From contig CM082578.2 of assembly GCA_040954595.2 (NCBI GenBank), forward strand, positions 17,936,728 to 18,000,727: a DNA stretch of 64,000 nt, written 5' to 3'. A program made the translations under genes and the position numbers. Source of the DNA: Balanoglossus misakiensis (Eukaryota; Animalia; Hemichordata). The notes under the pieces were generated by a model. The model searched no databases. It was not told where the DNA came from and was given only the letters and a program-made list of their open reading frames with translations. The number at the start of each line of letters is the position of its first letter. Positions within the stretch are counted from its first letter, which is position 1. Positions 1 to 15,000 of this stretch are shown in pieces.

Positions 1-3000
1 TTATGACACAGAGATTAGGGGCTCCTTGTGGCTCTTTTTTCTCCTTTTTGAGACTGCAACAAAGCTCGTCGTTGACAGATTGATTAGTTGGCCTGGTTTT
101 GCGCAGATTTAGTGCTGTGATGACCGATGCATTGGAACATGACTGCTCCAACAGTGTACCAACGCTGATGGAGATACAGTGCCCACTTTATGTTCTATCA
201 TGCGTCAAATCGTTCTACTGCACTCTTGTTTCTTAAACTTTGTCAGACAGAGGTTCATAAACTAGTCACCATAGTTAACTAGACCAGACACAGTCTAGTC
301 AACTAGTCATACAATGTCAACGTGAACAGACGACGGATTTTGAGTTTAACAACACAGTCGTCCTCCATTGGGTGCGCGCGGGGGGGGGGGGGGGTGCGTA
401 TATGCGGATCTCAAAAAACATTCTAGTCACGGTTCTCCTGTTTTTTAATAAACCACTGGTGTTGTTACGGATTCCAGCTGTGCAGTGATCTCTGGTCTGT
501 CGCGTGAATATTTATGTGACATATTAATTCGAAAATGCGACTATGGTAGAAGTTCTGTCACGGTAGTGGGAAGAAAGATATGCGGGGATATTTAAAGGTG
601 TATTTGAATCCCCCTCACGTATCCCAACAGACGATGTCGGCTCAAGACTTGAAAAGAAACGACTCTATCTCATGACGTATGCGCAGATAATTCGTGTTCC
701 CGAAATTAACTGTATTAATCTATACCGCCCCTCCCCTCATTGAGTGCGCGTGCTGTACTACAAGTTTGCGACCGTGATGGGAACGAATACGTGTTTTTCA
801 CTCTCAGTGAGGGAAAAGGGGAACAAGCTTCCTCAATGTATGTCAGCAGACGAATTATGGGTAACCCACGCGGTCGTTTCGCTTCGCAGACACACGTATG
901 CACGAACAATCATTTCATCCACTGATATATTGTAACGAGATTACCAGTGCCGTAGGATATACACTATTTTTGGGAACACTGGCATTTTTTCTGTATGAAT
1001 TAACGTTAATAACGCTATACCGCGATACTTATAACCTCTGCATCGTCATCAATTAGCTATCAACTGTCGGACGATTCCATCTGTGGCCTCTGATCAGACT
1101 GAAACAGTGGTGCCAACGGCAAATGTATCCCGTACTCTTACGCTTGAGCTGTCTTCTTGAATGCGCCGACCACAACTTGATGTCTCCCCGTCTACATCAA
1201 CTCCGCGGTTCAATAAATTCGAGACACTGGCCACATAACAAAATACCAAGAAAGCGACGGATTGCCGCATCTGTTGTTGCTTAACCACCGGTGATTAAAG
1301 GGACAATGAAGTATATTTCAGTTTCTCTGTTCCGCATGTGAACCACGGCTTCATTCCGCACCTCTAAAATCCGCTGAAACTCCTGGTCATTTTATGATAC
1401 CCTCCACGGATTGCGCTATTTACAAGTTCTGTCAGCCTAACTCTCTCAGCCAGGCCATGCCGTCATTCCCAAGTCACAGAAGTTGCCAGGTTACAGCGCC
1501 GAGCCACTCATCTGAGATCGATCACCGACTTGGATATTTTCAGATTAAAATCTCGCAGACATTCACGGATGGAGAGAGCTACTCACTTTTTTTTCAGGAC
1601 CCAGCGTCCCATCCGTCGCAAAGCATCATTAGGCGTGACGAATTACACGAGCCTGGGGAGACAAGGCAATCCCGCTTCCATATTTTCCCGCTTCCATTTT
1701 ACCATGTACTACCTCCGCTTTGCATGCAGCATACGGATTTTCTGGGTGGGGGAAAAATTATATCAGTCCAACTAGATCAACGGTATATATCAGCTTATCA
1801 TATGATGAAATGATGGATGTAGTCATTTCGGAGTGCAATTATCACATCCGTGAGAGATATTTATCATCATCTTCTTTGAACAACTGGCTATGGATCTCAT
1901 TTGTCGCATGACCAAGTTATGCCCTGGCAATTCGTTGTCATTCATGGGAGGTCACTGCGGGTCACTTGGGGTCAATCATTCGCCCCCGTGTCGAACTTAA
2001 AGGAGAACTGCTTGTGATCAAACACCCGTGGGGCGTTTGACTCTTGGAAAGTGTCAACGAGAAAGAGTCGAGTGGGTCGGAAACTTGCCTAGAATACAGC
2101 GCCCTCTTATGACCTCAACATGTCTCCACGAAACATTCAACGTTGCGGGTTGTCATAAAGAAAAGTTTGGCCAAATCATATCAACCCATTTGCAAATACA
2201 CTGTAACCGGAGTCTACCATGCATTACCCAACATTAAACACGTCTCTGCGATTCTTAAAGCACGTTTACAATGCGACATAAAGTTCACTTCGTTACAATT
2301 TTCTTCCCTGCCTCATTACAGGCTCATTTCCACCGGGCATTAAGAAACTAATTTTATAGAAAGATTCTCGGATTCATCACTGATAATAAATCGTTATTTT
2401 TTAAGAACGAACTCAACACTGACGTAAATTATTAATACGGACACTGTATAGAATAGCACCAGAATTTTCAAATTGCTGCAGGGGAGAAGAAAATCCCGAT
2501 ATGCAGCGTAAGCCGGTGACGTCAGATGAACTGTGGAGGTTTAGTCTGTGTAGCGATAGATAGAAATAACAACCAACATTTTCATTATGTGAGTTTTCCC
2601 CCAGAAATGAGCAGACTTTAGTTCCAGTTAACATTTCTTTTAGAATTCAGAAACGGCGGATTCGTCCTTGACGCTTGAAACTTCCAGAGGACATCGCTCT
2701 TGTCAGTACTATAAAAAATAGGCCTACAGAGTGGTTCTAGCGACTGTGCCTATAACACCAGACTACAAGTTGTTCGAAATGGACACACCGTATACACACA
2801 TACACGACACTGAGAAGGCCACAAGTACTGATATAAACTAACTGTACACAGTATGTTTGCACATGACGTCATAGTTGTTACGTATAAGAAAGACGAAGTC
2901 ACCACCTTCAAGGCCCGAAGAACGACGCAGCGTGCGTCATCAAAAGTACCATGTCGTCTCCACAGTTGTTATGGCAATCATGCTTTGTAGTCTCTTGTCC

Positions 3001-3576
3001 AAACTAGTTCGTCTGGAAGAATTAATTGATGACAAAACTAAACAGTCACCTGTTTGACTTTCAAAAAGGAACTAAAAGAATGGATAATCCTTGAGCTGTT
3101 TCGGACATAATAACGTCGTGAAACAGGGTAGACCTTTGTTGTCGAGAATTACTTCGTTATTCAATAAAACAAGGACTGTTTCTGTGAAGGGAAAGAAGCC
3201 CAGAGGAGATGGTGGTTTGTAAGAAGTTTCCCGTATTAACAATTCCCTAAACGATCCCATTACAAGGCACAGAAGAAAAGCTATAGTAAACTATCCATTC
3301 ATGGTGTCTTCATCTGCATATACTCAGACAGCCAGTTGGTCGTTTGTCGCTCGAATGTGTCGCACACTTCGGTCAGTGACCATCACACCGCCTCTCTTAA
3401 ATTGTGATCAGAACACTTGATTATCCATCGTCAATTGCTGCTGTCATAAAATTGTAATTGCGTTGATAATTTCGTGGCGATTTCCCTTAGCATATCACGT
3501 TCCCCAAGGGGTGTACATGTAGGCCACACTGTTTCACAAATTGACATTAGGGGCAGTTATATGACTATGACATTTT

Positions 3577-3655
3577 ACCACCACCACCACCACCACCACC
3601 ACCACCACCACCACCACCACCACCACCACCACCACCACCACCACCGCCACCACCA
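3577..3655. repeat. (CAC)n microsatellite
   Basis: About 26 near-perfect units. Confidence 0.95.
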
Positions 3656-4346
3656 GTAGCAGCAGCGGCACAGCCACCCTCATCTCATCATCATCAACAC
3701 TGGCATATGATCCTGAAACCCACTGCTAAAATGTCGCTAATTATACAGCAACCCCAAAGCTCCATTCGGATAATTGAAAGTGAGACGTTGTTTCGTAATA
3801 ATCAGCGGACATCACACTCCTCACAAAAGGTCATGAATATTCATGAGTATATAGAGGCTAATGCGAAGTCCAAAACAGGTTTTTAAAATTCTAAAAATTC
3901 TAAAAGGTATTCGCTGTCAATTTGTACATTATCGCCCGTCCTCGACAAGACGTGGAAAAGCTGAATAGTTGTCGCCAACTTCAAAATCGCTTTAACAGTT
4001 ACGTTTATAACGGTGACGGTGACAAGTAGCCCCCGACTTCTTTTTTATTTGCATATGAATACTAAGAAATACCCAGTAATTTAATTGAGAATGATATCCC
4101 CGCCCGGTGAGACAAGCGCATTGGTAATCCGGTCACAAAGAGATCTCATAACATGTTTATGAAGATCCTTGAGTAACTTGTGATTCAGACCATTTTCATG
4201 GTACATGCATGTCTGGGGGATCTCTGAGCCATGTTTCACGGTTACCACGACCATGGTGAGCCGTGATACTGGGACGCATTCTTTACGCTTTAAATTGGTA
4301 CCTTGGTAATAACGAGTGTGGAGTGCCAGAATTCCGGCGACAGACC

Positions 4347-5385
4347 ATGGCATCGGAAGAGAGAATGGATCTGGAAAATGAACTCCGACACATAATCAAC
4401 GACTTATCGGCTGGCGACGCGAACAGGGCCGGGAGTAGAAGGGCGAGACGCGTTGGCCGAGTCGATGGTCCCATACAACTGCCTTTTCCAACCCAGCCAC
4501 CACTACCAGAGGAACCCCACTCGCCAACAGAAAGCGAGTTGGAACTCGAAGACATTGCACTGAAAGCCTCGGCAAGGCTGAAGACGATCAAAAGAACCCC
4601 GGAAGATTTCAATCAGGAGACTCGTCGCCGAGACAGAAAACCACACCAGAGGAAAGGTTCACCACGGCGAAGTGTTCAAGTTGATTTTTCACACGGTGGA
4701 AGTGTGCCTACGACAGTTTATGAGTCAGAAAAGACCAGGCACATCAGCACCAGTTCATTTTTCAGCCATTATCATGTAAATCAAGGGAGTGGAATACAGT
4801 CTGACAGAAATGAAACTGAATTCGTCGATTTTCACAGAGAAAGACTCGCGAAAAGGGAGCGAAAACGAACAGACCGCGAACTGGAGAGCGGGGCATGCGC
4901 TGAATCGTTCGACAAGGAAATGGATGTAATCATGTCTTCCATAGCGATTCCAGAGGAGAGGAACGATGACACCTCCCCGGGAATGCCGGGAATTGAATTC
5001 GGCGAAGGGGGGATTATAACGGAAGGCAGATCCCGAGATGAGGAGACATCACAGAACCAACAGAGCATCACCCGCAGAAATGGAATGGAGTCGTCGAACG
5101 ACGGAAGAAGGAAAGCTAATGTTAAGGTCCCAAAGGTCAAAGTTAAACCACGAGAGACTTCCAGTTGCGAGCCTTCGCGAAATCTGAATCAGGATACGCT
5201 GAAGAAACGCTTGGAAGACGCCGTGGAGTTATATAGCCAAAGTATTTCTGATCTCACTGCCGCGGTAGACGAAAGGGGCGATCAGCTCTCGGAAACTAAG
5301 ACTTCGCCGTCGTCATCACGGGAACGCCAACGCAAAGCGCAGTCGGATTCATCCGGGAAAGACGCCGAAATCACTTACGGAGACG
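4347..5385 (+). CDS. PLEKHG7: PLEKHG7-like exon 1 (low-complexity, charged N-terminus)
   Basis: Strong Kozak context gaccATGG at 4347, 1039-nt open frame, GTAAGT donor at 5386; phase 1 fits exon 2 (G+AT=Asp). Confidence 0.7.
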
Positions 5386-8300
5386 GTAAGTACCTGGACA
5401 AAATCATGCTCCGCAAATCAATTACGCACAAATCACTTAAAAAATCGCACCCCAGTATAGTGGCGTGCTATTTAAAGCCATTTAAAGTGCAACTCTCCTG
5501 TTCAAGAGACGGTCTGCGTCTTTTCTGAATATTTTTTTTCTTTCTGAAAGTGTTAGACTTCAGATTACACGTACTCCTACGAGCGCCTTTGAAGCGCTTC
5601 CTCATCCAGTGGCACCGACTGCGTAATATTGGTAGCAATAACCTTTCGATTTTATAGCAACACGCTTATACAAAGCGATGGCGGAACATATTCAATTTTT
5701 ATAATGTCACTGCTGTGTCGATTCTTTTGCGACCAAGATGTGAAGTCAGCGACTAGCAAGGTTCGTTCGTTTGAGTAAACCGTGCAGCTGATAGCTCACA
5801 ACGTCTCCTTTTATGACGAAAAATTACTTCCTGTGCTTCGAATCACCGGTCGACTTCACCGGTGATTCCTTCCACATTTTAAATGCCACATAAATCTGAG
5901 ATTACTCGCAACGCGCTCAGCGGCTTCTTCTATACGTTGTCTCTTTACAACATTTAGCGTTTTCATTCCAAATCATCGAGGCGCAGGTGGGTTGGTGGTT
6001 TTTACTTTGGAGTGAAAGAGATTTTATATTCCTTGGGTTTTTACAAACGATTTTCCCCTTTCCTGTTCCTGTCAACCCAGAAGAAACAACGTGTCAATTT
6101 CCGCCTCAATCTTTGAACTGTGCTCCATAAATGTTAGTGCCATTTAACTCCCGGTGATCAAATATGTACTACGTTCATTCAACCACATCCGTCTTGTGCC
6201 AAGAGTACATTCACGGGATTTAAATCAGAATAAATTCATTTTCAATGTACAATTCTGTCTTTTAAGTCCCCGAGGGTGAAGACATTGAGACCTTTGAATT
6301 GGGCTCCATCCGTCCGTCCGACTCTCAGAATGCCTAAACCACAGTAATTATTTCCTCCATTGTGTTCTTAACACAGTGAAACCTGTCATAACCGTACGGA
6401 CACCTCTCCACTAAGGACATATTATTGAAGACGAAAGTTACGATTTGAATAGAATATTGTCTGATATTAAGGGCACCTCTCTATTATGGACAGATTTACT
6501 GTTCCCGCAGGTTTCACTATATATAATGTTAACCATGCGAGGACTATGTCATTGACAATGACTTGTTGCCCTTAATGTCGATGACACCTGTCCCCTCAAC
6601 AGGACACCATTGATGAACACTCCATTTTCTATATTAAAACTGCAAAATGATTGGGATACATTGCTATCGGCTTTTTTGATTCAGCGATAACAATACGAAC
6701 GATGCATCTTATAATCTAAAATCTGACAGTAATCTAAAATATTAATAATCAAACAAATCACTTTTGTGCGTTTGATGCTTGTGTTAATCTCCGCCTCCTG
6801 TTTTTTAATGTTTTCCCTTGACAATAGGGGAACTGTCGAGGTCAGAATTCACTATATCACCTTCAACTGGCTCTTTCCCAGTACTAGCATTTAGTTTTCA
6901 GATTGTTATTCGGATAATTTGACAGTTGTCTATCACCTCAGATAATTACAACAGTGTTTGGGTTGTCATGGTACGATTAATGGAATATGAGAAACTGTTC
7001 TCTTGTATTTAAATACCAATTAGATAAAATCCACAATCATTGGGGGGTTGTCCCTGTACGTACGATGCATGGGAGAGGCTTGAAACTGAGAGGTATCGAT
7101 TTGTATACGGGCTTTCCGTCGATACATCGCGCTCCGACCGTTTTGTTTTCATTTGCACGTCTCGTCATGGGCTCTCTGTTCTATTGCCATGCTAATGAAG
7201 TAGTTTGCTCGTCCAATTGTTCAAATGAGACCCATTGTTTTTATCACTGGCCTACATTCCGGGTCAATGCAGCAAATGACCCGCAGGCCTCGTTTTTTTT
7301 CTCGACCGGCAACAGAACCGAACACCGCGACGTGAAGTGTTCACCCTTTTCCATCGACATACTCGAATCTTATATTTTATCCCCCCAAAGGAGATTGCAT
7401 TGAACAAGTGATAGTCAGAAGCGTATAGTGAGAGTTTTGTTGGACTTTCTAAAGATATTCTTCAGGGAATGGGCGGCGCCTTTTTCTCATGGTCTGTGAG
7501 GCACTTTTATGCGAAACCTTTGTTCAGTGTGACGCTTTATAGATTTTCCGTTTCAAGAAAACGTATCGATTTATCGATTAGAAATGTGATACAGTCTAAA
7601 TGTCAACACCCGCACACTTAATCCGATTTGATTGTAAAGAGTGTTAAAGGTCTAGATTGAAGAACATTTAGTGTTGGCAAAATCATTCTCAATCGTTTTT
7701 ATAGAGCAGTTATTAAGAGCGCACTCTCTTATTCAGTCACTGTTTGATACAGTAACAGAACAAGGCAGGGAAAATACAATCTTGAAAGAACAGCCAAGAG
7801 CGCTTCTTCTAAGCTGATTGAATGCGACTTCGTTTAATGTATTGAGTCACTTTATGCCGTTTGGTCAAAATCCAGATCTGACAAATTATTTGCAGATGTC
7901 TCCCATCAATCCAGCTCACCGCTTTTTTTTCAACCGTATTTCTGAGTAACGTTTAGATCCATGAAATGCAGAACGAACGTTTTAAATTTTTTCCGAGATT
8001 AGTTCAAAACTGCAATATTTGTCCGCAATTTTGTGGGGGTTTTTATATGCATGGCAGAGTATGTAATTAACGCAAAGCCACATTCACCTCGATTTTCATC
8101 GATTTATTATTATTTTATTTGTCGACGTGGATATTTCTATTGCTATATCAATACACCTGTTGTACGGAATCCGTTAATTGGCAAACAAAGGGGAAAAGAA
8201 AGGTCAGCTGTGCATTGCATCTCCCACGTCCCCAGCACGTTTTGCGTTTCTCCGCGTCTCTCAGTACAATGTCACGTTTTCATGACAGATGACGTGAGAT

Positions 8301-8951
8301 TCTCCACGGCTGATTAACAGGGACTTACAATGACAAACCTCAGTACTTGTCACGTTCCCATAAGGGTTGACTCGTGAAGGGCGACTGACAAATAACCTCA
8401 TGCGGGTGAATTAGGTCTCGGGGTTTATTTCTGAGAATCTGTCTCAGTTCCGTCATTTTTTATTCTGAATATGTTCTTGACGCCTGCACTGTTTGCAATT
8501 TGCATTCTTAGTGTTTCAACACCGTTCCTTCGCGCCACTCTTGTTCAAATACTATTAATTTCTGACAGATAATCGCAGCGTATAGAGCTTCCGAACTAAA
8601 TTTAAAATATCCCACGGCCGGGTTCAACATATTGTGTTCGGGTTTCAGCTATACGTATGCGCTACACCAATGCCAATCAATGATGGCTTGCATTGTCGTT
8701 TGATTTTTGCCAGGCGTGTTCACACAATTAGGGCAGTAATAACTTCCTTGCACCGACGTAAATGGATAGCAGAGGTCACGACATCGATAAAATAATGGCC
8801 TGTAAAAGGCTTGTGATTCATCCGACGTCTCTATCGCCGGAAAATCGATCCGAAAGTACAGTAAATTGGGCTACCCACAATGCAACACTTGCTCAAACCC
8901 TCTTGCATTTGACACTATTTGCAGATAACGTACTGATGCTAATAGTAGTGT

Positions 8952-9030
<79 letters not shown>

Positions 9031-12000
9031 AAATCAGCTCTTTGATGACAATGTCACAACTTCTTGTAATGATTCCAGTCCCTGACTAACGCGAACTCAA
9101 CGCAGCTGTGGGAAAGATTATAGCCATGTAATTTATACATAAAAAACTGACAGCAGCATATTATATGAAATCTTGCCTTTTATAACACAACCCATCCGCT
9201 CGGGAAATTAAAAACACGCATTATGTTTTCACAAAAAGGCACCGGAAAGAGTTGAAGGAATCTTCAAGGTCACCAAAGTTATCATTACTAATCTGAACCA
9301 AGGTATCGCCAGTAATATTGATATTAAATTTTCTGCCTGCTCTGACTCACTGCTGCCTAGAGTGTACATCTTATGTAACTCACGTACGTGAGACTTTCTC
9401 CCAAGGTGATGAATTAGTGCTTTACATATAGGAGCATTTCATGGGACAACCAGTCAACCGATGATATTCAATTCTAGACTTCATGACTGCTTTGGAAGTC
9501 TCAACCCATACATGGAGTAGAAGCCAGTCAGTAAATTTTACGCAAGCTTAAAGTTTATGTCTGACTGGAGAACTAAAATTATCTACATAGTTAGTCCTGC
9601 GTGTGACGTCACAGGCCCCATCTGGTAAGGTTGCTTTAAAACATTGTTAAATATTAGAAAGGACCGTTAAGAGCATACTAAACCAAGAAGGGTGTGTACA
9701 TAACACATTAACACCGGCTGTTGTCGTTATGTGCCAGGAAATTTGAGATTTTTGACGATGAAGCTTAGCGCTTCGTCTCGGTAGATTATTTTCATTAGCA
9801 TAAACACAAAATATTGACGGTTACACGTGAATACAACTTCTTGGGGATATCAATTGAAAACCATTTCATTTTAAACGTGTTCTGGCGGGGTCGCTGCCAT
9901 AAGACTGTCGTCATTGGGGATACAGTTCAGCGACCGCATCATTGAGAAGTCGTCCCTGTTCGTTATGTTCACATTCGCATTCAGAAATTGTAATTTACCT
10001 GGAATCGTGGGTGGAAATGTCGCTCCTTAGTGACCAAGAAGTGACATTTAACTAAATGACGTATGTCCGTTCCCAGCTGTCAAGCGAAACTTGAAGACCC
10101 CCCCCCCCCCTTATATCGCGGACCATATAAACCGCCTAGCCACGCGAGATCTCGTGGGGTTCGGGAAATGGTCTATAAGTTTAGAAAAATTAATACTCGG
10201 TTACTACAGTTTGCTATTGACGTCAAACTGTGTCGTGTTCGCCAATATCGATTCAGGTTTAATTACTTAAGAGAAAATTGGTTCGTTTCATATCATCATG
10301 TCGAATCGCAGGGGGTTTCAAGTTGTTCAAATCCTGTATTCAAATTTTGCACAGACTTTCTTCTGTGCCAGTTAAAGGTATACGGTCACCTCCAATTTAC
10401 ATATCGCCATATATAGTTGAAATGGCGTATTTGAGTGTTCTAAAGAACACTTTATTTTCGCGTGTGCCACCCACTGAAAATCTGTGATTGGTTAGATCTC
10501 GATTTACCATGGTAACTGTGGCTAAATTTGTATAGGTGACCGTATACCTTTAAGATACAAGAGACTAAACTGTATGATTTCTTTATTTAAAGATTTTTCT
10601 TGCTGTCCAAAATCCGAGTTCATGATAGCAATGTAAGCAATTGCAGTTGAGGTATTAGAGTAATCAGCCAATCTCTGCAGACGTGAGTTGACTTTTAATG
10701 AAAAATTAGTTTCCACTGTTTAATATTATACAGGCTGTCGGAGTTATTTGTGCCAACGACGCGTTCTATATTCGTCACCCATAATTTCGGTTCCTCTTCA
10801 AATCAATACGCGATATCCTCACAGTCAGCGAATATCACAGACATAAGTTAGGGTTTATTCACCACACTCATTCGCCACCCCACCCCCCACCCCCTAATGT
10901 GAAAAGGTAGGATTGCTGGACACGCCTATCATTATAAATTTAAGTCCCACCGGTGCCGGGCAGTCTACTCTGTACCCGTGAGCCATATTGATACAACCGA
11001 TATGTTCAATTCGAAGGCTACACTGTACATTGTACTACCATCTAGACAGCGATACCTCTGTTGGAGTAATCCCCAGAGCGAAGACTTCCCGCGGGGAAAA
11101 TTGAAAGGCCTTCATTTTGAGAATCAGCGCTCCGATTCTCAGTTTCGGCCCGACTGGGATTTATCTAAAAAGTTTCTTTTAATCAGCGCACCTAGTCGGT
11201 AGGTCCGTCATAAGGTATATGATTTCACTATCAAACCTTTAACGGATGAGGGAAAGGGGTATAAAATAACCGAGGATGCCAATTTCTGTCGACTCTGATT
11301 CATATCATTGCACGTACTATAGAATTGAATTTCAGAGACGTACCAACCAGTATAGCCAATTAGTAAGGAAGATATCTAAGCCAGTGGCAACGAAGTTCAT
11401 TTCTGTGAAAGGTTATCGCTTTTTGTGAAACAGATACCATTCCTGGAGAAAAATATCCGTGATTGTAATTAAAAGACACTGTCCATTGTACTTCAAGTTG
11501 TTAAGCCTATATGGAACCAAATGTCACTTGATTCAGAGCGCGGGATCATTTGCTATTATACTACATTGTACTACTAGTATTTCGAAATCATCTCAGCGTG
11601 ATAAACCTATGAAAGGATGAAATAGAACCGAATATGATTTACTCCCTTTACAGTTTAACATAGCGCCCGCCACATGGACAAGTATTATTCTCATTTTCAA
11701 TACGAACATATTGTTCGGGGTTTGAAAATACGCAGCCGGCGCCTCTCGATACGGGCGCCCATGTCCAGACGGTCTCTCCGGCGAGGTCAGTATATTAAAT
11801 GATGATAGTGACACAAATAAAGATAACCGTTTTCAGCGGAATGATTCGTCAAATCTTTTGCTCGTCGGTGAATGAGACGGACTGTGTTTGTCATGATGCT
11901 GCAGCTGTATGTAAATATGTGGAATCATGTTTAAATGCAGAAGAGCAAGTTTAAAAAACAGGAAACCGTTCTATGGTGTTTTTCTGTGATCGCTGAGTCG

Positions 12001-15000
12001 AGATACATGTATAGTTACTCGAGTTTACTATCTGAATAGTTTGTTCTTATATGAGTGATGCTGCTTATAATTTTTTTTTCGTGGAATGCGCCGATTTTGT
12101 TCAATGAGATTAGCACCCACATTATTGCAAGATACGGCATCCGCATCGCTATTATTGAAGACACTGTTGTACAACAGTTGACACAATTTCATTTGTCAAT
12201 CCTTCTCATATACAGAACCCACTTAGCCCCCCCTTTATGGTTGTACCCCGAAAGCAATACAGAAATTGTCCGTTACCCAACATGCCCCATAAACGACTAT
12301 TCGTGCGATGATAATCCTAAACCCGAAGCTCAATCTACTTTGTGTATTTGAACAAACGCGAATCCTAGACCGGGATCCGGGAGATCTCACGACAGAGGGA
12401 TGCAAATGAGCCAATCACAGAAGGAGCAGGTGGTTTGGGGTCACCGTGTGTCAAGTGAGGCACGTGCAGCCATCTGGACGTGAATAGGCTGTGAAAAGCC
12501 CGAAGTTGTCACACAAATGAAGACGTCAGGGGACATCAGTTCTGTAGATCTAACGCTGTGAGTTATTTTAGGGTTTTGTTGCATCCGCGAGAAAAAAAAC
12601 CATGTAATTAGTCGGATTAAAGAAGTACAGCTCTCGTCACTTGAAGACACTCTGCGAAGGATTGTTGACAAGGTGCTGTATTCTCAAGGATGTTAGCGAC
12701 ATTGATTCACGTTTGAAGATCTGTTCTCCTCACGGACTTGAAAGGTCTTCACTTGCCTAATTGGCTGTCGTACATGTACTACGTCACCGTCACTTTGTGG
12801 ACGGTCGTGAAAAAGTGTTAATCTCTGGGCGACTTGCAAGGAGGGGGAAATCGGATTAGTATTTGCAAAGGTGCTTTCCATTGAAGAACACTATTCCGGC
12901 CATTCGCCCACATTTTCGTCAGAATTGTCATTTTTGTCAAGATTTCTATTGGGAATTAATGTTCCGTTGAACAACGTGACGATTTGTTCGTAGGATATTC
13001 GTGTGATTGAGTAATCTTTGAAATTGTTATGCTGTGCAATGCATTACTTTCCACGTTTTATTTTTAAACAAGGACTGGGGAGTTACCTAAGTGTTAAAAG
13101 ACATCAACTGCGCTCATTACAGTAAACTCGTTTGCCACGATCTTCACCAATGATTTTTTTTTACTCTCATCGATTTAAACTTGAAAAATGAATTTGAGTT
13201 CGTCAGAAGATTTTATGGCAATATTTTCTTCCATTAACAGCCGATTCCAATGACAACCAATTTTCTCGAAATGTGATAAGTCTTGGCGTCGAATGGCATT
13301 TCAAAAATCGACCATCGCGCCGGTGATTGACTTGCTTTAGTAGTCAATGCTAAACTGCAATCCAACTTATACGCATCTCACTATGGCCTTACGCGCTACG
13401 TGTCCACTATTCCGGTGTGGATATAAATCGACTTTCATGTTGGCGGCGATAGACATAAAATATCGATGGAATCTTTCAGCGCCTGTGGGCGATGACACAA
13501 CAGCCACTGCTCGCTTGGTATCGAGTAACAGCGTCTAAAAACGCGCCATTATGAAAGTCGTGGGCGGTAGACTTTCCAACTGTCTTCAAGCGCTTCAGTT
13601 TCAGCCTTGCACACAAGGGAACGTATATCTGATCGAGCTTTCCAAATCAAACAAAACAATGAAACAAACCTGTATCTGTATTGTACCTGGAATTACACTC
13701 TTTTCTTACTCTAAAAGAAAAATAACTTTCTCATTATACTTTCATGCCCCCGCCGTACAGCCTCAATAAACTAAGTCGCCATCACGTGATCTGTTGTCTC
13801 TATTTTTCATAGTGCAATGCGCGGCAGTAATGTCAGTTGTCCCATATTTAGAGTCAAATCACTGCCAGACTGCGCGTTAACAATTTAACTTCATAATTTT
13901 GAAAGACGCAAATCTACGTTAGGCAATCCCCTGTAACAATCATCTCAGCTGGCAGATTTTATTATTGCAATGTTTGTTTTCATCAGTGTTGCTGGGAGAC
14001 CGCTACATTCTGATCACCCTATATTTAGCCATCCTGTTTTAGATGCAATTTATTGCGTGGAAAATTATAGGCTGTGCTGACAGTGTTGCTGTCGTTAACA
14101 AAATTTGTTTTCGCCAGTCGCGACTTTTTCTAAACCACCGGGGCTATTTAATGACGAAATCAATGTGACAGTCTTGATTTTATTAAGACATGAAAATGAT
14201 CCCCTTTTTTCAAAATAAATCACCTGGTTTAACGGCGCTTACCACAATGTGTTATATCGCAGTACATGTTTTGTTCAATCATTTGCTGCACAATCTACCA
14301 TCATATACGTTTATCTTTGCGATAGGTCAATCTTGACAAAGTGTCAAAATCAAAATGATGCATCATCAAACGAAAGCACTACATTGTAAATTGCCCTTTG
14401 GGGCGAGCTGGCTTCTCATGCAAATTTGTGTCATCAATAATAACGCGATATGTTTATTTTGACAGCCAATTTAAAAGTAGATTTCAGTAAGATTCTGTGA
14501 TAGGATAATCACATAAAGTGTCAGGTTTAATACATCGTTTCTTCTTTTAATCCCACTATAACTGACCTCTCTGTAACAGTGGCGGCCATTTTGTCTGACA
14601 AGGACATGGTCGCCTCGATGTGAAGTCAATTATACGAGAAAGCAAATGTAAAACAATAAGAAATCAAGCAAGCAAGCAAGCAAACAAACAAACAAACAAA
14701 GATTGAAAATACAAATGCAAATGAGGGAGAACCATATGGTCGTGCAGAAGCTAGTTATCTACTGATGAATGACGTCACTCACTAGTTCTGAATTCTGCTC
14801 GGAGCAAACGAGCATAGAAACTACACCAAAACCAGCGAAATTAACTTTCTGATAGCTATATCTTTCAGAACGGAACGCCGATAGCATGTTATTAAAATCG
14901 ATTTCGTTGCGATATCAAATGAATACTGTATTCCATTCGATAATAGTGACTTGAAAAGGGAAATTAGTGCGATATTGGAATTTTGGGTTAATTGCCTTGT

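Noticed and set aside
3474-3659. Poly-His ORF
   Set aside because: Translation of a (CAC)n microsatellite. The same applies to the poly-Met ORF at 8762-9085 and the poly-Ser/NQSI ORF at 60802-61104.
4263-4346. GTG start of the 421-aa ORF
   Set aside because: Eukaryotic gene; the ATG at 4347 has an ideal Kozak context, and the ORF tail after 5385 is intron.
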